Part shown: positions 13,908 through 26,919 of the stretch, one piece after another
How positions within the stretch are numbered: the first letter of the stretch is position 1
Layout of the letters: every line of letters starts with the position of its first letter
Assembly: GCA_053919585.1 (NCBI GenBank)
Contig: CM132793.1
Reading direction: 5' to 3' (one strand)
Length of the DNA stretch: 64,000 nt
Source of the DNA: Euprymna scolopes
Taxonomy: Eukaryota
Notes under the pieces: generated by a model
Told to the model about the DNA's origin: nothing
The model's database searches: none
The model's input: only the letters and a program-made list of their open reading frames with translations
Position numbers and translations under genes: made by a program

Positions 13908-14318
13908 TCTATAATATACATCTCACCTGTCTGTTTAAATGTATCTATGTTTGTATGTCTGCCTAAAACTTTCAATAGAGGCGATGGATCAGTATTGTTT
14001 TGAAGCTGGACACTTTGGACGACGAATATCGAAAGATTGGCTAAAAACATTAATGCCTTCGCCCTCAATTTGGCACTTTTCTACAAGAAGGGGTTGCTTT
14101 TTTTTCACCGATATTTTCGAAAGTCATCTCCGCTTTTCGATTGACTAGCCTTAATTTAAACTTTCACCACTTCCAGTTTAGCGATGGATGCAACGGCAAA
14201 GACGTCAGGTTTTTTTTTTTTTTTTTTCACGTTCTTTTCCTCTTAGCGGTACGGATTTGAAACTACCTGCCTACTATACACCTCCAAACACCCGGGCAAC
14301 GCCGGGCACCCAGGCTGG
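13908..14318 (+). mobile_element. Helitron-like element (family B) directly abutting the previous one
   Basis: TCtataatatacatctcacctgtc start shared with 52785-53443(-); hairpin cccgggcaacgccggg, then CTGG|t. Confidence 0.75.
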
Positions 14319-14668
14319 TATAAAATAAAGTTAAAAAAAAAAAGAAGAAATAAAAATAATCATTATTGTCAAGGTGGTGTGCACTTTCTAACCTCTGACC
14401 TTTCTATTTTCATGATCTGACACTAACATACACCCCCTCTCTCCTCGATTTTCTGTTTAGCATTAAACGAAAATAATGAATAAAAATAAGCATTTTATTA
14501 ATGAAATAATGAACGCAATCATCTCAATATTAATTACTTTGGATAATGTGTATTTTTGTTCACAATCCGACACTATAACTCCGCCTCTGATTATATTTTT
14601 TACCATTATTGAAAATGTAGTCTTATATGGGGTTCAGTGGTGGGAGCAAGAATTTTCTGGATTCTCCA

Positions 14669-14764
14669 TTTTCCTGGGTAGAACAGGATACAGCTATATA
14701 TTTTTCTGGATATAGCAGGATACCGCTATACGTTTTCCTGGGTAAAGCAGGATACCATTATATG
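14669..14764. repeat. 32-bp tandem repeat, 3 copies
   Basis: ttttcctgggta..gcaggatac.gctata units. Confidence 0.9.
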
Positions 14765-15574
14765 TAATCTCAATTTAATCGGTCTAGTATTAAAACAACA
14801 TTTAAAATAGAGCCTCAAAAATATTTTCAGACTTTTTCAAATGTGTTTTGAACACTGAACATTTTGCACTGATATTCATTCTAATTACTTGGGTTAGTTG
14901 GCAAGATAATATACATAAGATGCATAAATTAAAGTATTATTAAAAACAGAACAACAAAGCAATTACCCAGTAATGAGTTCATCTGGCCATGACTTATGTG
15001 TTGTCCTTGGCAACAAAATGTACTTTACAATGCAGAAAACGAAACATCCTGTCATTAGGACTACCAAACACAGCGTATTATTTTTGTTCAATTAATCACT
15101 AATTTTGTATAAAGAAAAATTTATATAAATTGATAATAATAGTAAAAAAAAACAAAGATAATTTTATTTTTATCTGCTAAAAATGTGCGTTACAATGTTT
15201 TAAAAATTTATAAATAGAATTTGTATCAGAACACAATCAGCAATTTTTTCAGCTTTTTTTTTTTTTTTTAAACAAGTTCCAGATTTAGAAGCCATATGTT
15301 GTTTAGTTCTTTTCCACTGGAAGAACATAGGTACCAGGGTTGGAAAGTGGGATTGAGAAGTCAGCGCCCCAGAAGAGGGGCACCCTAACCTGCAAAAAGT
15401 GCCTGGGCAGTTCCACCGACATTCCCTGGTAAGGGCGCCTCAGGCGATTATCAATAAACTAACCCCTTCTCAAAGAGAGAAGGCAAGGCCTGGGAGGGTG
15501 GACCTCCTAGAACTGCACAGAACGAAACCACCACCACAAAATCATCAGGGATCAGGTCATTACAGGAATGGTCT

Positions 15575-15895
15575 AATTTTCTTATTTCCCCCTTCCCCTT
15601 ATTCCTCCTTATTTTCCTTTCCTTATTTTCTCCTTATTTTCCTTTCCTTATTTTCTCCTTATCCTCTCCTCCTTATTCCTTCTTATTTTCTCCCGCTTTA
15701 ACCCCTCTCTTTCCCTCCTGCTTTAATCTTTCTCTTCATTGCACCCTTCTCTTCTTCTCCTATCTACCTCTCTTTCTTCTCGTTTGTCTTCCTTTATATT
15801 TTCACTCCTCTTTTTCTTTTTTCTCTTTTTAACCCCATCTCTTTCTCTTATTCACCTTCTCGATATCCCCCCCCCACCCTTTTTCACTCACATGC
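15575..15895. repeat. Long low-complexity polypyrimidine/polypurine tract
   Basis: About 320 nt, mostly C/T, with ccttattttc-like units. Confidence 0.85.
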
Positions 15896-16211
15896 TATAA
15901 AACATCTGTCTGCTTTTATCTTCTGTTTTTGTAATATATGTTATCGTCAGTGAATTCATTTAATGAAAAATCTATCAATATTGAAGATCAAAGTTTTTTT
16001 TTTAACTTTGTTTTTCTTTTAACTTTTTAATTATATAAATTTAACTTATTCCACTTTTGTTTTTTTATATTTTATTTCGTTAAACTACCCTCCTCCTTTC
16101 TAATTATCGAAAAAAAAATTTTTCACCTTATTAATTAAAACTTTGATTAGAAATTTGCTTTATTCAAGAATTTAAATGTTGAAATGCTCTTAATTAAACC
16201 TTGTATGCAAC

Positions 16212-16249
<38 letters not shown>

Positions 16250-19060
16250 AGGTTGTGAGAAGCAGTTATTAATTGGTTATTGATTGACAGCCAAAATGTT
16301 ACAAGATGCAATTAATTATTCTTCTTTAAATATTGATACTTAACTGGAATAAAAAGCAAATGTTGGCACTTTTAAGATGTTGAACTTTTCCATCTCAAAA
16401 TGATTAAAGAACCTAGGTCGTGTACCAAGATTCAGGAAAAATTTAATTTTAAGAAACAATGTTTAAAAATTTTCGTACTAATGTCAACATGTGAATAGTC
16501 TTGCAGAGTTCATGAAAGATCAAATTGATTTCCAGACAGTTAATTGGGTGTTCATATTAGGAATACTCTTTTTTTTTAAATTTTTCATTTATTTATTTAT
16601 TTTAGAAAGAGGCTAAAAATTTTTTTTTTTTGTCCAATGTATATGGTGCTGGTTGTAATTTAATGCTAAATAATTTAGTACTAAAGAGTCACAGTGGAGT
16701 TTAATTCTGTCTATTTTTAAAGGTCTAAAGGTTTCTGGATTGGTTCTTATTCTTTGTGCTACCCAACCCTTAGAGTGACCTGATTAGACAGCTCTGATGC
16801 AAGATGGCTGCCAAAAATATACAATGTAGACATTGGGAATGATCACCGAGACGACAACTGTAGCCAAGAAGATCACAAGAAAGATTATGGCCATTGTGTC
16901 GGTGGTGGAAGATGGGTGATGACTTTCCCATAAATAAGTGAAGTCAGCATAAACTCAAGAATGTTTGAATGTAAACAATTAGTGGGAAGAGTTGATAATC
17001 TGTGCCTTTGGTGGCTGTGCATGGGAGTCGCTTTACCAGTCACTAATGGTGGTTGTGTGAATGTAAAAAGCCAAATTTGGCTCATTTTTATATTCATATT
17101 TTGGTGAATATCTTTCATAACATCGTTTTCGATGCATCCAATTATCCTGTTATATTTGTCCCTTATGGTATTCTTGTTTCTTCTTTTTGTCCTAAAGATC
17201 TAAAGGTTCTTAGTTTTGTTCCATGTTCTTGTTACATAATCCATCTCATTAAGTGACATGATTGGAAGATCCTAATACAGGATTGATTAGAATTTTGCAT
17301 TGAAGATCACATAAGTAGATGGTCTCCATGAAACTTAGTTTTTTTTTCTTCTCATAGAAATTGTACTATTGAATGAAGTAATAGTATTTGTTAGATTAAA
17401 CTTATATTTTAGTAATAAAACTTGACAAATTACTGAAGTAGAAAATATTTAACTTGAAATAATTTTGTTAATAAAAATCAATGACTTCATCATTGTGTAT
17501 TTCAATATTTGTAATAATAATAATAATAATGATAATACCACCGCCACTATGTAAGTTATATATGGTTAGCTATCAAGCATGATTTCAAATAAACTAGTTC
17601 CTACAGAGAGAAATGAAAATGTGAAGCTAATTTTCAGCTTTCCCTATTTTGAAGATTGAATGAAAAAAAAAATTACTAAATTCAAATTCGTATTCAAACG
17701 TTTTATTTAAATCCTCATTGTGATTTCTTTGATTTGGTATTGTAAAAGAATATTTTTAATTGAAAAAGAAAAAAAAAAAATTCATGTTGCTGGAAAATGT
17801 TTTATGAAAAAATTGTAGAAACATTGCTTTTGTGACACCCAGAGTAGATTGTGATCTCAACAGGATCTAGAATATACCAAATACTGATGCACACGGTGCT
17901 ACTGTATGACTGCAAGACCTGGTCCTTGCACAAGAAAGATCTTCATGCACTCTAAGTCTTTGACATGTACTGACTATGAGACATTCTACGCATTCATCTT
18001 TTCGATCAAATCCCAAACCACACTGTCCATGCAAGATGTAACACCACTGGCATCAGAGAGACTCTTACAGAGGCTTTGCAATTTAGGTGCTCCCAATCAC
18101 ACCTGCTAGCTGGATGTGTAGAGGCAGCTGAGGACTTTGATTAAAATGGTGAAAACAGACCTGAAGCAGTAGTGTCCATTGTTGGGATTGGGAAGTACGC
18201 TGAGGGCACAACTGGCGATTGATGTGGATAGACTGCCTTGACGCAGGGTGTTGTGAACGTATTTAGAGTTGGCTCAACTCCTCCCAGGTGAATGCCATCA
18301 TGGAGATTGGATCACATTACCACTTGGTCCTTTACTGGAAAATATGTAATATTTGTTGTTTGCAAATATTTTTGTTTGTTTTGAAATCGACAGTCTTAAA
18401 TTATCAGACAACATCCAAAGATGAACTTTATTATAGTTAATGTTGGAAAACAAGGTTTGCTCTCTCCACCAGCTAATTAATGTATGTACAGGTGCATTTT
18501 GTCATGGATCTATCTCATCAGAGATCTCATCTGAGTTTTCCTTCAGTAGCTTTGTATAGGCTTGAGAGTCTATCATGCTCCATTGTTTCACTCAAAGCTG
18601 AGGAATGCAAGGAAATGGATTCATACTGCTTCTAATGGTGTTAAAGTGCTGGTGGTGATTCCGTGGTTATCAGTGCAACGTTTGTGTTTTATGTATGAAC
18701 TTTACAAGAATTTCAATCCTATATATTAAAGCATAGATAAGCAGTTGATCACCACTGCCTTCTAATCGAATTCAAAGTGCATAAAATCGTCTCAGCCATT
18801 GTGGAATGCAGTCCAAAGAATAACAGTAAAGCTGTCAGATTTATTACGAGGCCATTTTATCATCGCTATAATCTGATCTGGACTAAAACAATTTTATTAT
18901 CTAGCTGATTCAGAATAACCATTAAATGGTGATATAAATTGCTTACAAGGATTTTAACTTCACCACCGAAGAGGAAATATAGTTATTTGGTTGATGAGAT
19001 AGCAGGCAGTTATTGATATGCTTGTTGACCGTAAAATTATTGGATGTTGTGTGTGATTGG

Positions 19061-20334
19061 TAGGTACGGGCAAAAATGGTGCAATAAAAATAGGGGAACC
19101 TAGTTTTGAAAACCGATTTATCATAATTTTTTTGTAGGTTTCAGACTACTTTTTGATTGTGTTTGAAAGATTAAGGACTAAAGTTAATTTCTAAAAGGAA
19201 AAAAATGTTTGTACACGTAAAATAAAAGTTATGAAAATGCTTTCACGGCGAGCTACCTAATTTAGCTAAATTTTCAAGTTAAATAAATTTATTGTAAAAA
19301 TCCTTTAAAAGATAAATATTAGTTTTTTGGAGTCTATTTCAAAGATAATTAGTAAAGTCCTAAGATATTGAATTAAATAAAAAAACACCTTGTTTGTACA
19401 AAACATAAATTAATTAGCCCCAAAACAGTGATTCTGGCGTTTGCAAAACGCAACAAACTAAAATTTTGTAAACACAAAAATTACGAAGGCCCAAAATTTC
19501 AGGCAGTCGAAAGACTGAAAATGACATCATGTAATTAAAAGAGAGAAAGTTCTTTTTTTTCCCAGTCGCGCATCCATACATTTCTTTTCTGAACATTTGT
19601 ATTAATTTTTGCATTTTTTAATTTAATTATTTTTCTATCTTCCTGTTTTTAAATTAATCTTTTTTAAAACTATTGTTCAATATTATATAAAAAATATGTT
19701 ACGTCAAAAGTTTCACATTCTTGCGAGCAAGGAAATTATTAAAATCTTGCTTATAAAAATTATGCGAAACCCGTAATTTAAAAAAAGTAGAAATATTTTT
19801 TGCAATTATAATTTTTTTTGCGTGAAAGTATTAAATAAGCAATTAAATTCAATGGTGATATCGGTAGTTCGAGAAATTCATTTTTCTTAGAGTCATACAG
19901 AATTCATTAATACAGATTTAGAGGCTTTTTTCGCAAGCTTCCTATAAAAATTATTTTATTTTTATTGTTACAAATTACGATTATTTAAAGCATCATAATT
20001 TGTAACAATAAAAATCAAATCAAATTTTTATAATAATTATAAAAAATGCAAAGATAAATTCTTGCGTTTTTTATTTACTACTGAAAACCATAACTTTAGT
20101 AAAGGTATTTTTTTATTTAAATAAAATAATACATTTCCACTAAGATGTAAATAAAAATAATTAGTTCATTATATTCCGCGATCATTATTTGATAAATACT
20201 AAAAATTTCGTTAAAATTGGTTAATTTCCTGATTTTTGGTGATTTTTTTTGTTTTTTTTTGTTTTTTTAAAGTAAAGGGAGGAGTCAAAATGTTTATACA
20301 TTTTGAGCATCGGCATTCATTTTGGCCGTAACTA
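19061..20334. mobile_element. Putative 1.27-kb non-autonomous hAT-like element
   Basis: TIRs TAGGTACGGGCAAAAATG / CATTTTGGCCGTAACTA, 8-bp TSD gtgattgg / gtgattag, very AT-rich interior with no ORF. Confidence 0.6.
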
Positions 20335-20864
20335 GTGATTAGCATAAGGGATATGTTGATTCTATCTGATCTGTTGTATTCATGCACTGATATCATTGAT
20401 GCAAAGTATGACCCCTCTCTTCCAGTTATGAGAGAAGAACGAAATGGAATGTTGTATGTGATGTCAAGGGAGAACTTGTTAACCTCCCTTCCAGTCAGAT
20501 TCGAAATAATACAGACATGTAAAAAGAGCACTCGTGGCGAACTCTGCTTTTCATGCTTTGTCGAAGTGAGAAACTATAAATTTTCAAGTTTAAAGACACA
20601 AAAAAATTATTTAACACAAGAATCGAAATTACTACAAACTTAGGATAATAATAATAAAGAGAAAGAAGATGCCACTGTAAAAACTTATGCTTGGAATATA
20701 GAGTCTAATAGGAGCAGCCAGGGTTGATGTCAACAATGTGACTAACCTAATTATGAATTAAAAGCTAAGAATGCAGGGGGAAGTAGGTTGAAATTTAGTC
20801 AACCGAGAAAACAATTGGTTGCAAATTGATGTGATCAGAGGGAGTGGCTGATGTAGACAAACAT

Positions 20865-21485
20865 TTTCTACTATCATATAAAACGAACTGTGTTGTGTGA
20901 GTTCATTCCTTATAGACTTGGAAATGGTTAAGACGATTTTTTTTTTAAATTTCACATGAAGGTACTTGATGTGTCTGGGAGTATTCTTACATAGGTTTTG
21001 TATCAGAATACATCTGATAAGTATCGAAAATCGAAACAGTCTGAATAAATAAAGAAGTCCGATTTTGACCAAAGTTAACACTTTTATACAGCCTAACATC
21101 ACAAGTGCATTTGAAAAGTTTTATCACCACACAAGTAAAATGACTCAACCTATAAAATCAACTGTAGATGCGCCTCTGTCATATCAAAACCTACAATTGA
21201 TTTTATAAACTGGGCCTTTCTGCTTGTGTGGCAATAAAACTTTTCAAATGCGTTTGTGATGTTAGGCTGTATAAGATCAAAATCGCCTATTGCTTCTTTC
21301 ATCGGATTTTTTCGATTATCCCTAAATATATGGAAGACATTTTGATACAAAACCTATCTAAGAACATTGCCAGATACGTAAAGTATATCTGTGTGAAATT
21401 TCATAAAAAATGGTCCAGTCGCTTGAGTTCATAGAGCTTTAACTCAATGCACACAGACAAAGTTTCTTTTATATAATAGTAGAAA
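20865..21485. repeat. ~620-bp foldback made of two inverted Helitron-like 5' ends
   Basis: Arms 20865-21167 and 21191-21485 (e.g. tatacagcctaacatcacaa / ttgtgatgttaggctgtata); both outer ends read TCTACTAT.ATATAAA. Confidence 0.85.
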
Positions 21486-21495
21486 TTATTAAGAG

Positions 21496-21533
<38 letters not shown>

Positions 21534-21926
21534 ATTTAGAAATATTATTCTTATGTAGAACTAATGACTTATTATTTTACCATTTAATTTATGTGTTTGG
21601 TTTATAAATTAAATGACTGTTGAGAAAAAAGTCACACTTTCTCTAAATGCTCATAGAGACATAAATATTAGAGAGTGGAATAGTTGAATTAACATAGAGA
21701 GAGGGCGAGAGAAAAACAAAGATTGCTGAGAGAGAGAGATGGGTGACTTGTTCAGTTAATTATAAATTACATCTAATTATAAAGCAATTCAAACAGAATT
21801 TCTTTTTCAAACATAACTCAATTCCAGAATTAAGGTACACTAACATGCATTTTGTGTTATTAAAGTATATTGGAAAAAAGCTTTAGGGAAAGAAATGTTG
21901 ACCAACACATATTTAGTATAATATTT

Positions 21927-22271
21927 ACATTCCAAAAGTAAGGCCTCCTATTTTTTAACTCAAAAACTAAAACGTTGAAGAGCTATGAAGATAAGAGTGG
22001 TATCATTAAAACAAGCAACGTTTTGTGCTTCAGAATTTATTTTTCTACATAGTCACCACTATTCTCAAAGCACCTTTTGCCAATCATAAATGATGCCTCA
22101 ACCATGACAGTGGTTGCTTTCTTAGTCTTACACCGTCAATATCTGTAACAGAGATGGAACTTTCAGGTCATGAATGTATAAGCTCAGTCATCAAAACAAT
22201 GCAATTTTCAATCCCCTCTGATCCATTCGGGTGGATTAAAAATAGGAGGCTTACTTTTGGAACGTCCCTTG
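21927..22271. mobile_element. Mariner-type MITE; partial inverted copy at 32320-32455
   Basis: TIRs ttccaaaagtaaggcctcctattttt / aaaaataggaggcttacttttggaa. Confidence 0.8.
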
Positions 22272-22288
22272 TATGTATGTATGTATAT

Positions 22289-22660
22289 TAGTGATGGAAC
22301 AATTCAAATATCTTTCCCGATTCTGATTTAAATATTTAACTATAACGTTATTTTTTCCCCAACAACTGTAAAATACATGGTTAATGTGCAGATATTTTCT
22401 CAAACATAAAATTACATTTGTGGAGTGGGGTGGGGGAGTGATCTATAGATTTTAGTTTTACTGGCAGTTTAAAATCAATAAATATTTCTTTTATTCTATT
22501 ATTACTACCACTAGTGGAAAATTGTTTTAAACAAAATTAAATAAAAAAAAGACTATTATCGTTTTTGGCATAGGAAAATAAGCACAATTTTTACCGATTC
22601 CGATACCCTAAAAAATTCGATTTTTCCAATTTCTGATTCTACTTAATCGTCCCAACACTA
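22289..22660. mobile_element. hAT-type MITE; related pieces at ~35000-35229 and ~49853-50270
   Basis: TIRs tagtgatggaacaatt / aatcgtcccaacacta, 8-bp flanks atgtatat / acatatat, and subterminal (c)gattc repeats. Confidence 0.75.
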
Positions 22661-23119
22661 ACATATATGTATATGTAAAAGGGTGAAATATATTCCATAA
22701 ACTGTACTGTAAGTTGCCTATAAGTATTTTACTTCCATTTTTGCAGTAAACCAACTTATTGCAAATATAAACAGATTGTGTTATGATAATAACTGGCCAT
22801 ATATATATATATGTATGTATATAATATGTGTGTGTGTTTTCTGAAACCTTTTACTTTCTTATCGCTTTAAATAACAATGCTTACTGCAACCGCAAGGAAT
22901 TATGAGTCTAGTGAAGTTGGAAATCCTATAGCAATATGTACTTGGAACTTGGATAGTTTCTCTTCCTTTCTGTAAATCACACAGCGTGTGAATTTCTACA
23001 TAAGTACAAAAAAAAATGTTATTTTCCAAGGTTTGCCATTTGAGATATAATTGTAAGCATCTTGTTTCTAAAAGTAACACTGCAAAGAAGTTTCCATTTC
23101 TTCCTCTGTACCAAATGGT

Positions 23120-24122
23120 ATTTACATGAACAGAGTTTCTTTCCAAAAACTTCTAATCTTTGGAACACATTGCCACAGAACTGCTTCTATGCAGACTAAA
23201 CATCTTCAAGTCGAATGTCAACAAATACTTGTTAAGCCGTCCTTTCAAGTAATCATAATTCTCAATTCCGTTCATTTTTTTCAATCCACTCATAATATTG
23301 TTCATTATTCAACTGGCAATCTCATTGACCCTTATCCTTGAGTGACTTTTGGCCTCGATAAATAATGACTAATTAGTTTTACAAAACAAAAAGATAAGAA
23401 TATTTGTTTTTGTTAAAATTTTAGAGTTTTTGGCAAGCCCCATTCCATTCTCTGATAATCATAGGAGTCAATTTAGCTCCAAACCTGAAATATCCGATCT
23501 GTTGCTAAGCTAACTGGACAAATCATTCTACCACTCTAGAAAGTACCTCCTTCCTGACACAATCTTCTACTTGTAGAAAGCCAGTAGATCATAATGGAGT
23601 ACTCCTGTCATATATGGGAGTTGCTGCTCAGTATTCTTTTCTTACTTTTTTTTTTACAGAATACAAAATCGATTTTGCAATCTAGTAAGAGATGATCTTT
23701 TATCTCTACCGCCTCTTTCACATAGATATCACTAGCCTTTCTCTCTATTGTCCTTATGTTCTTGCTAGGTGCTCAACTAAGCTTGAATTCTTGGTCCCTT
23801 CCCCCTGTAAAACATTCACTCACTTGGCCCGAAGTCAAACGAAAAGAACAAAGTTTCTTTTCTCAGACATTCCATCTGTAGAACAAAATACCATGAGGCT
23901 GCTTCCCAACTGACTATAACATGGTTGTCTTCAAGTTAAACGTAAACAAATCTTGGAATATAAATTCCTCTTGAGTAATCTTCTACCAATTCCACTGATT
24001 TAATTCCGATTCTCTTGTGGTGGCGTTCATCGTTAACTAAAAATCTTAACTCTTATCCTCAATTGTCCCTCCTCCCCCAAACCTTAGTAAGTGGTGACCA
24101 TTTAGTAAAAAAAAAAAAAAAA
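23120..24122 (+). mobile_element. Two decayed CR1-type 3' fragments
   Basis: atggagtactcctgtcatatatggga (MEY..HIW), ttcaagtc..aacaaat and taagtggtgacca + poly-A resemble the 55-kb copy. Confidence 0.75.
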
Positions 24123-24579
24123 TCTTAGCTTTTGTGTTTTCATAAAAAGTTGAATCCTTTGTTTCTATGTGCACAAGGTTAGCTGACTCAGTGATTGCTT
24201 AAATTTGGATGAGGATGCTTTTCTCCTCATTCATATTGACCAATCACCTTGCAAGATGGGTTTCTTTCATTTTCTCATGTTTGCAATTCAGAAAGTAAGA
24301 ATAAGTTATTTGAATAACCAGGAATACCATTTTCTTGTGTTCGTTCAGCGTCTGGCATTCCACCTTCCACTAAATTTTTATGGGGATGATGATTTCACAT
24401 ACAATCCCCAGTCAGCACGTATATCCCAGTTAAGAAAGATGACATAAAACATTAGATGTTATTTTCAAATAGACACTCATCTTGAATCGACCAGGCTGAA
24501 TGTTAATTTCAGTAATCTAACGGGAATGGGCATGTCCATGTGACGATGTCATATTAGTTATATTGGAATGTAAATAGTT

Positions 24580-25018
24580 TTATATATAAGTAACTTTGTG
24601 TGTGGAACAATCTCTACCAAACTACTCTGTCAATTTTTAGTCTACAGGCTTGAAACTTGATATAAAGGTGATTTGGATCTGTGGAGCAAGTTCGCTTTGA
24701 TTTTTAGTCAGTAAAAATAGCTGCTAAGGAGTCAAAGTAAAAAAAAAAAAAAATTGGAACTTGACATGTGTAAGTTGACTAAATGTGTTGCTTCTACACA
24801 TATGCAAATACTTGTTAAGCCGTCCTCTTGGAATATAAATTCCTCTTAAGTAATCTTCTGCTAATTCCACAGTCATATTTTTGTTAACTTTTGAAATCAT
24901 TACTATACATAATAATCAAAAGAGAATTGGCCCTAAAATAATAGCTATGAAATCTGCATAAATTAAAATGTCATATTTAGCGTATTTTATGATTGAGCAA
25001 TGGCGGGTGGGCTGCTAG
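24580..25018 (+). mobile_element. Decayed Helitron-like element
   Basis: gctgctaaggagtcaaa motif shared with family C; ends gctgCTAG|t. Confidence 0.6.
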
Positions 25019-25844
25019 TAAGTGATAAAACACTTACCTACATGGGAGATATTTGTATTTTTCAATAAAGATTATTAAAAAACAAACTTGTACTCGTTAT
25101 TTCTCCAAAGATGTTCAGTTCACCTTTCAACGTTCTAGAACATATGATAGGTTTTTTTAAGAGATGATGTTGCTTATTCGAATGCTAGAGATTAGAAATA
25201 CCTTTTTTAGCATGGTATTCATACAGCCAAATAGGCTTTAAAAACGGAAATTCCATTCTCTACTTTTTTTTTGTCACATTATTGTCTAGTTTAGAGAAAT
25301 GTTTAGTAAGCCAGTTCAGAGAAATTTTCAAGTTTCATTAATGCACCAGTTTAAAATAACCGATTTCAATGGCACCACATCTTGTCTCTCCAAGAGGAAA
25401 GAACGAAAGAAAGAAGAGTATTTTAAAATTAAGAACGTTTTGGTTACATGTCAACCTGATACTGATCTTATGCCCAACTTAACTGAACTATGATAAATAT
25501 CTTGTACAATATTTCTTTCCTCTCTCTCATCATCAAGAAAGATGGGGGTCGGGGGTGAGGAGCTTGTAGCGAAACCATTTTGATTGGAAGAATAAAATCA
25601 TCAAAAGATATAATTTCTGTGGTTCTGCACTGAACAAAATGATGGAAAAAAAATGGAAGAATTCTTTTTAAACTTCGACCAACATTAACCATTATTGTCT
25701 CTTTAGATAGCGAACAATTGGCAGCTCATATGAAGTTGTTGGGATGTTGCCAATGGCGATCTTTACATTTTGTGGAAACAGAAAACAAAATGGATTTCAT
25801 ACTCTATTGATTTCTTACGAATTGAAACTTGAACTCAGAACATT

Positions 25845-26240
25845 TTTTTATTATACTATTTACTACTTATCAAGGCTAAGAGCCATTTGAGGATAAGGGT
25901 TAATGAAATGGAATAACTGTCAGACGAAAGATGAGGGATACTATTGTGTATAAACATAGCTAAAAAAATGAATTGCATTTGATTATGATTTATGACAACA
26001 CTTTGTTGACATTGGACTTGAAGATGACCAAATTGTAATCAATCTGGAAGCAGTCTTGTGGTAATGTCTCCCACAAGTTAGGAGCCCTTGCAAAGAAGTT
26101 TAGTTTTTGGAAATTCTACTGGATATTAGGCATTTGGAGAGAGAAAAGAAAATTACTTTTCATTGTAGTAGCAAGGCAAGTTCTTGCTTCAAATGTCTTA
26201 TAAGAGAGAATCAAAGATTGGAGTTCAGTTGAGCTTTCAT
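25845..26240 (-). mobile_element. Decayed CR1-type 3' end
   Basis: cttatcaaggc...gaggataagggtta and ttggacttgaaga shared with 6200-6360. Confidence 0.75.
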
Positions 26241-26919
26241 TGTCTTGACTCTCGAGTATATATCAGTTAATATCTTTTTTTTTTTTATGTTTTTATAGAA
26301 ACTGATGTGGTTCTGGGTTGATTAATTGTTTCTAACTGTGTCGGATATATATTCGAGAGTCAAAAGAATAAAAAGAATATTCTGTTGTCACAGCCCTAGT
26401 GATAAGACACCAATTAAGCAAGATTTTCTGCATTTCACTCTCTTAAGACTCCTTAATCTACAGTCTTAAAATTTAGACGTTTTCTAGAATCAAAATCATG
26501 TAATTGGAGTATAAGGAATGCATCAATATATCATGGATTTTTATGTTTGTCATGGCACATAAAAGTGGTGTAAAACTGTTCTGTACTTGGAATTAATTTT
26601 ATCACTCCTGGGACGGGTATTCTTTTAGTTCATATAATTCGAATTTTACATGAATGCTTACATATCAATCTCTTTAGTTGAAACTGGTATTTACTTCAAT
26701 CGCTTGCTTTTAAGGTGAGCTTCTATTTATTATAAGCAATAAGATAATGTATTTTACATGTAAACTGCTTATTCTAAGCAATCGATCCTATGTTAAGTGA
26801 TATGTTTCAGGCCTGTTAGTTCTTTATCATGCATAAAGTGATACGTTTCATGGCCTACTAATTCTTTGCTAAATACGATTCTGAGCAAAGAGGATTATTA
26901 TTTTCATGCTTTTTTGTAC

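Noticed and set aside
14669-14764. 32-bp repeats with partial dyad symmetry as a CRISPR array
   Set aside because: Contiguous tandem units with no unique spacers.
17830-18340. Possible decayed RT fragment (LRQG-like motif on the minus strand)
   Set aside because: Too degenerate to assign a family or boundaries by eye.
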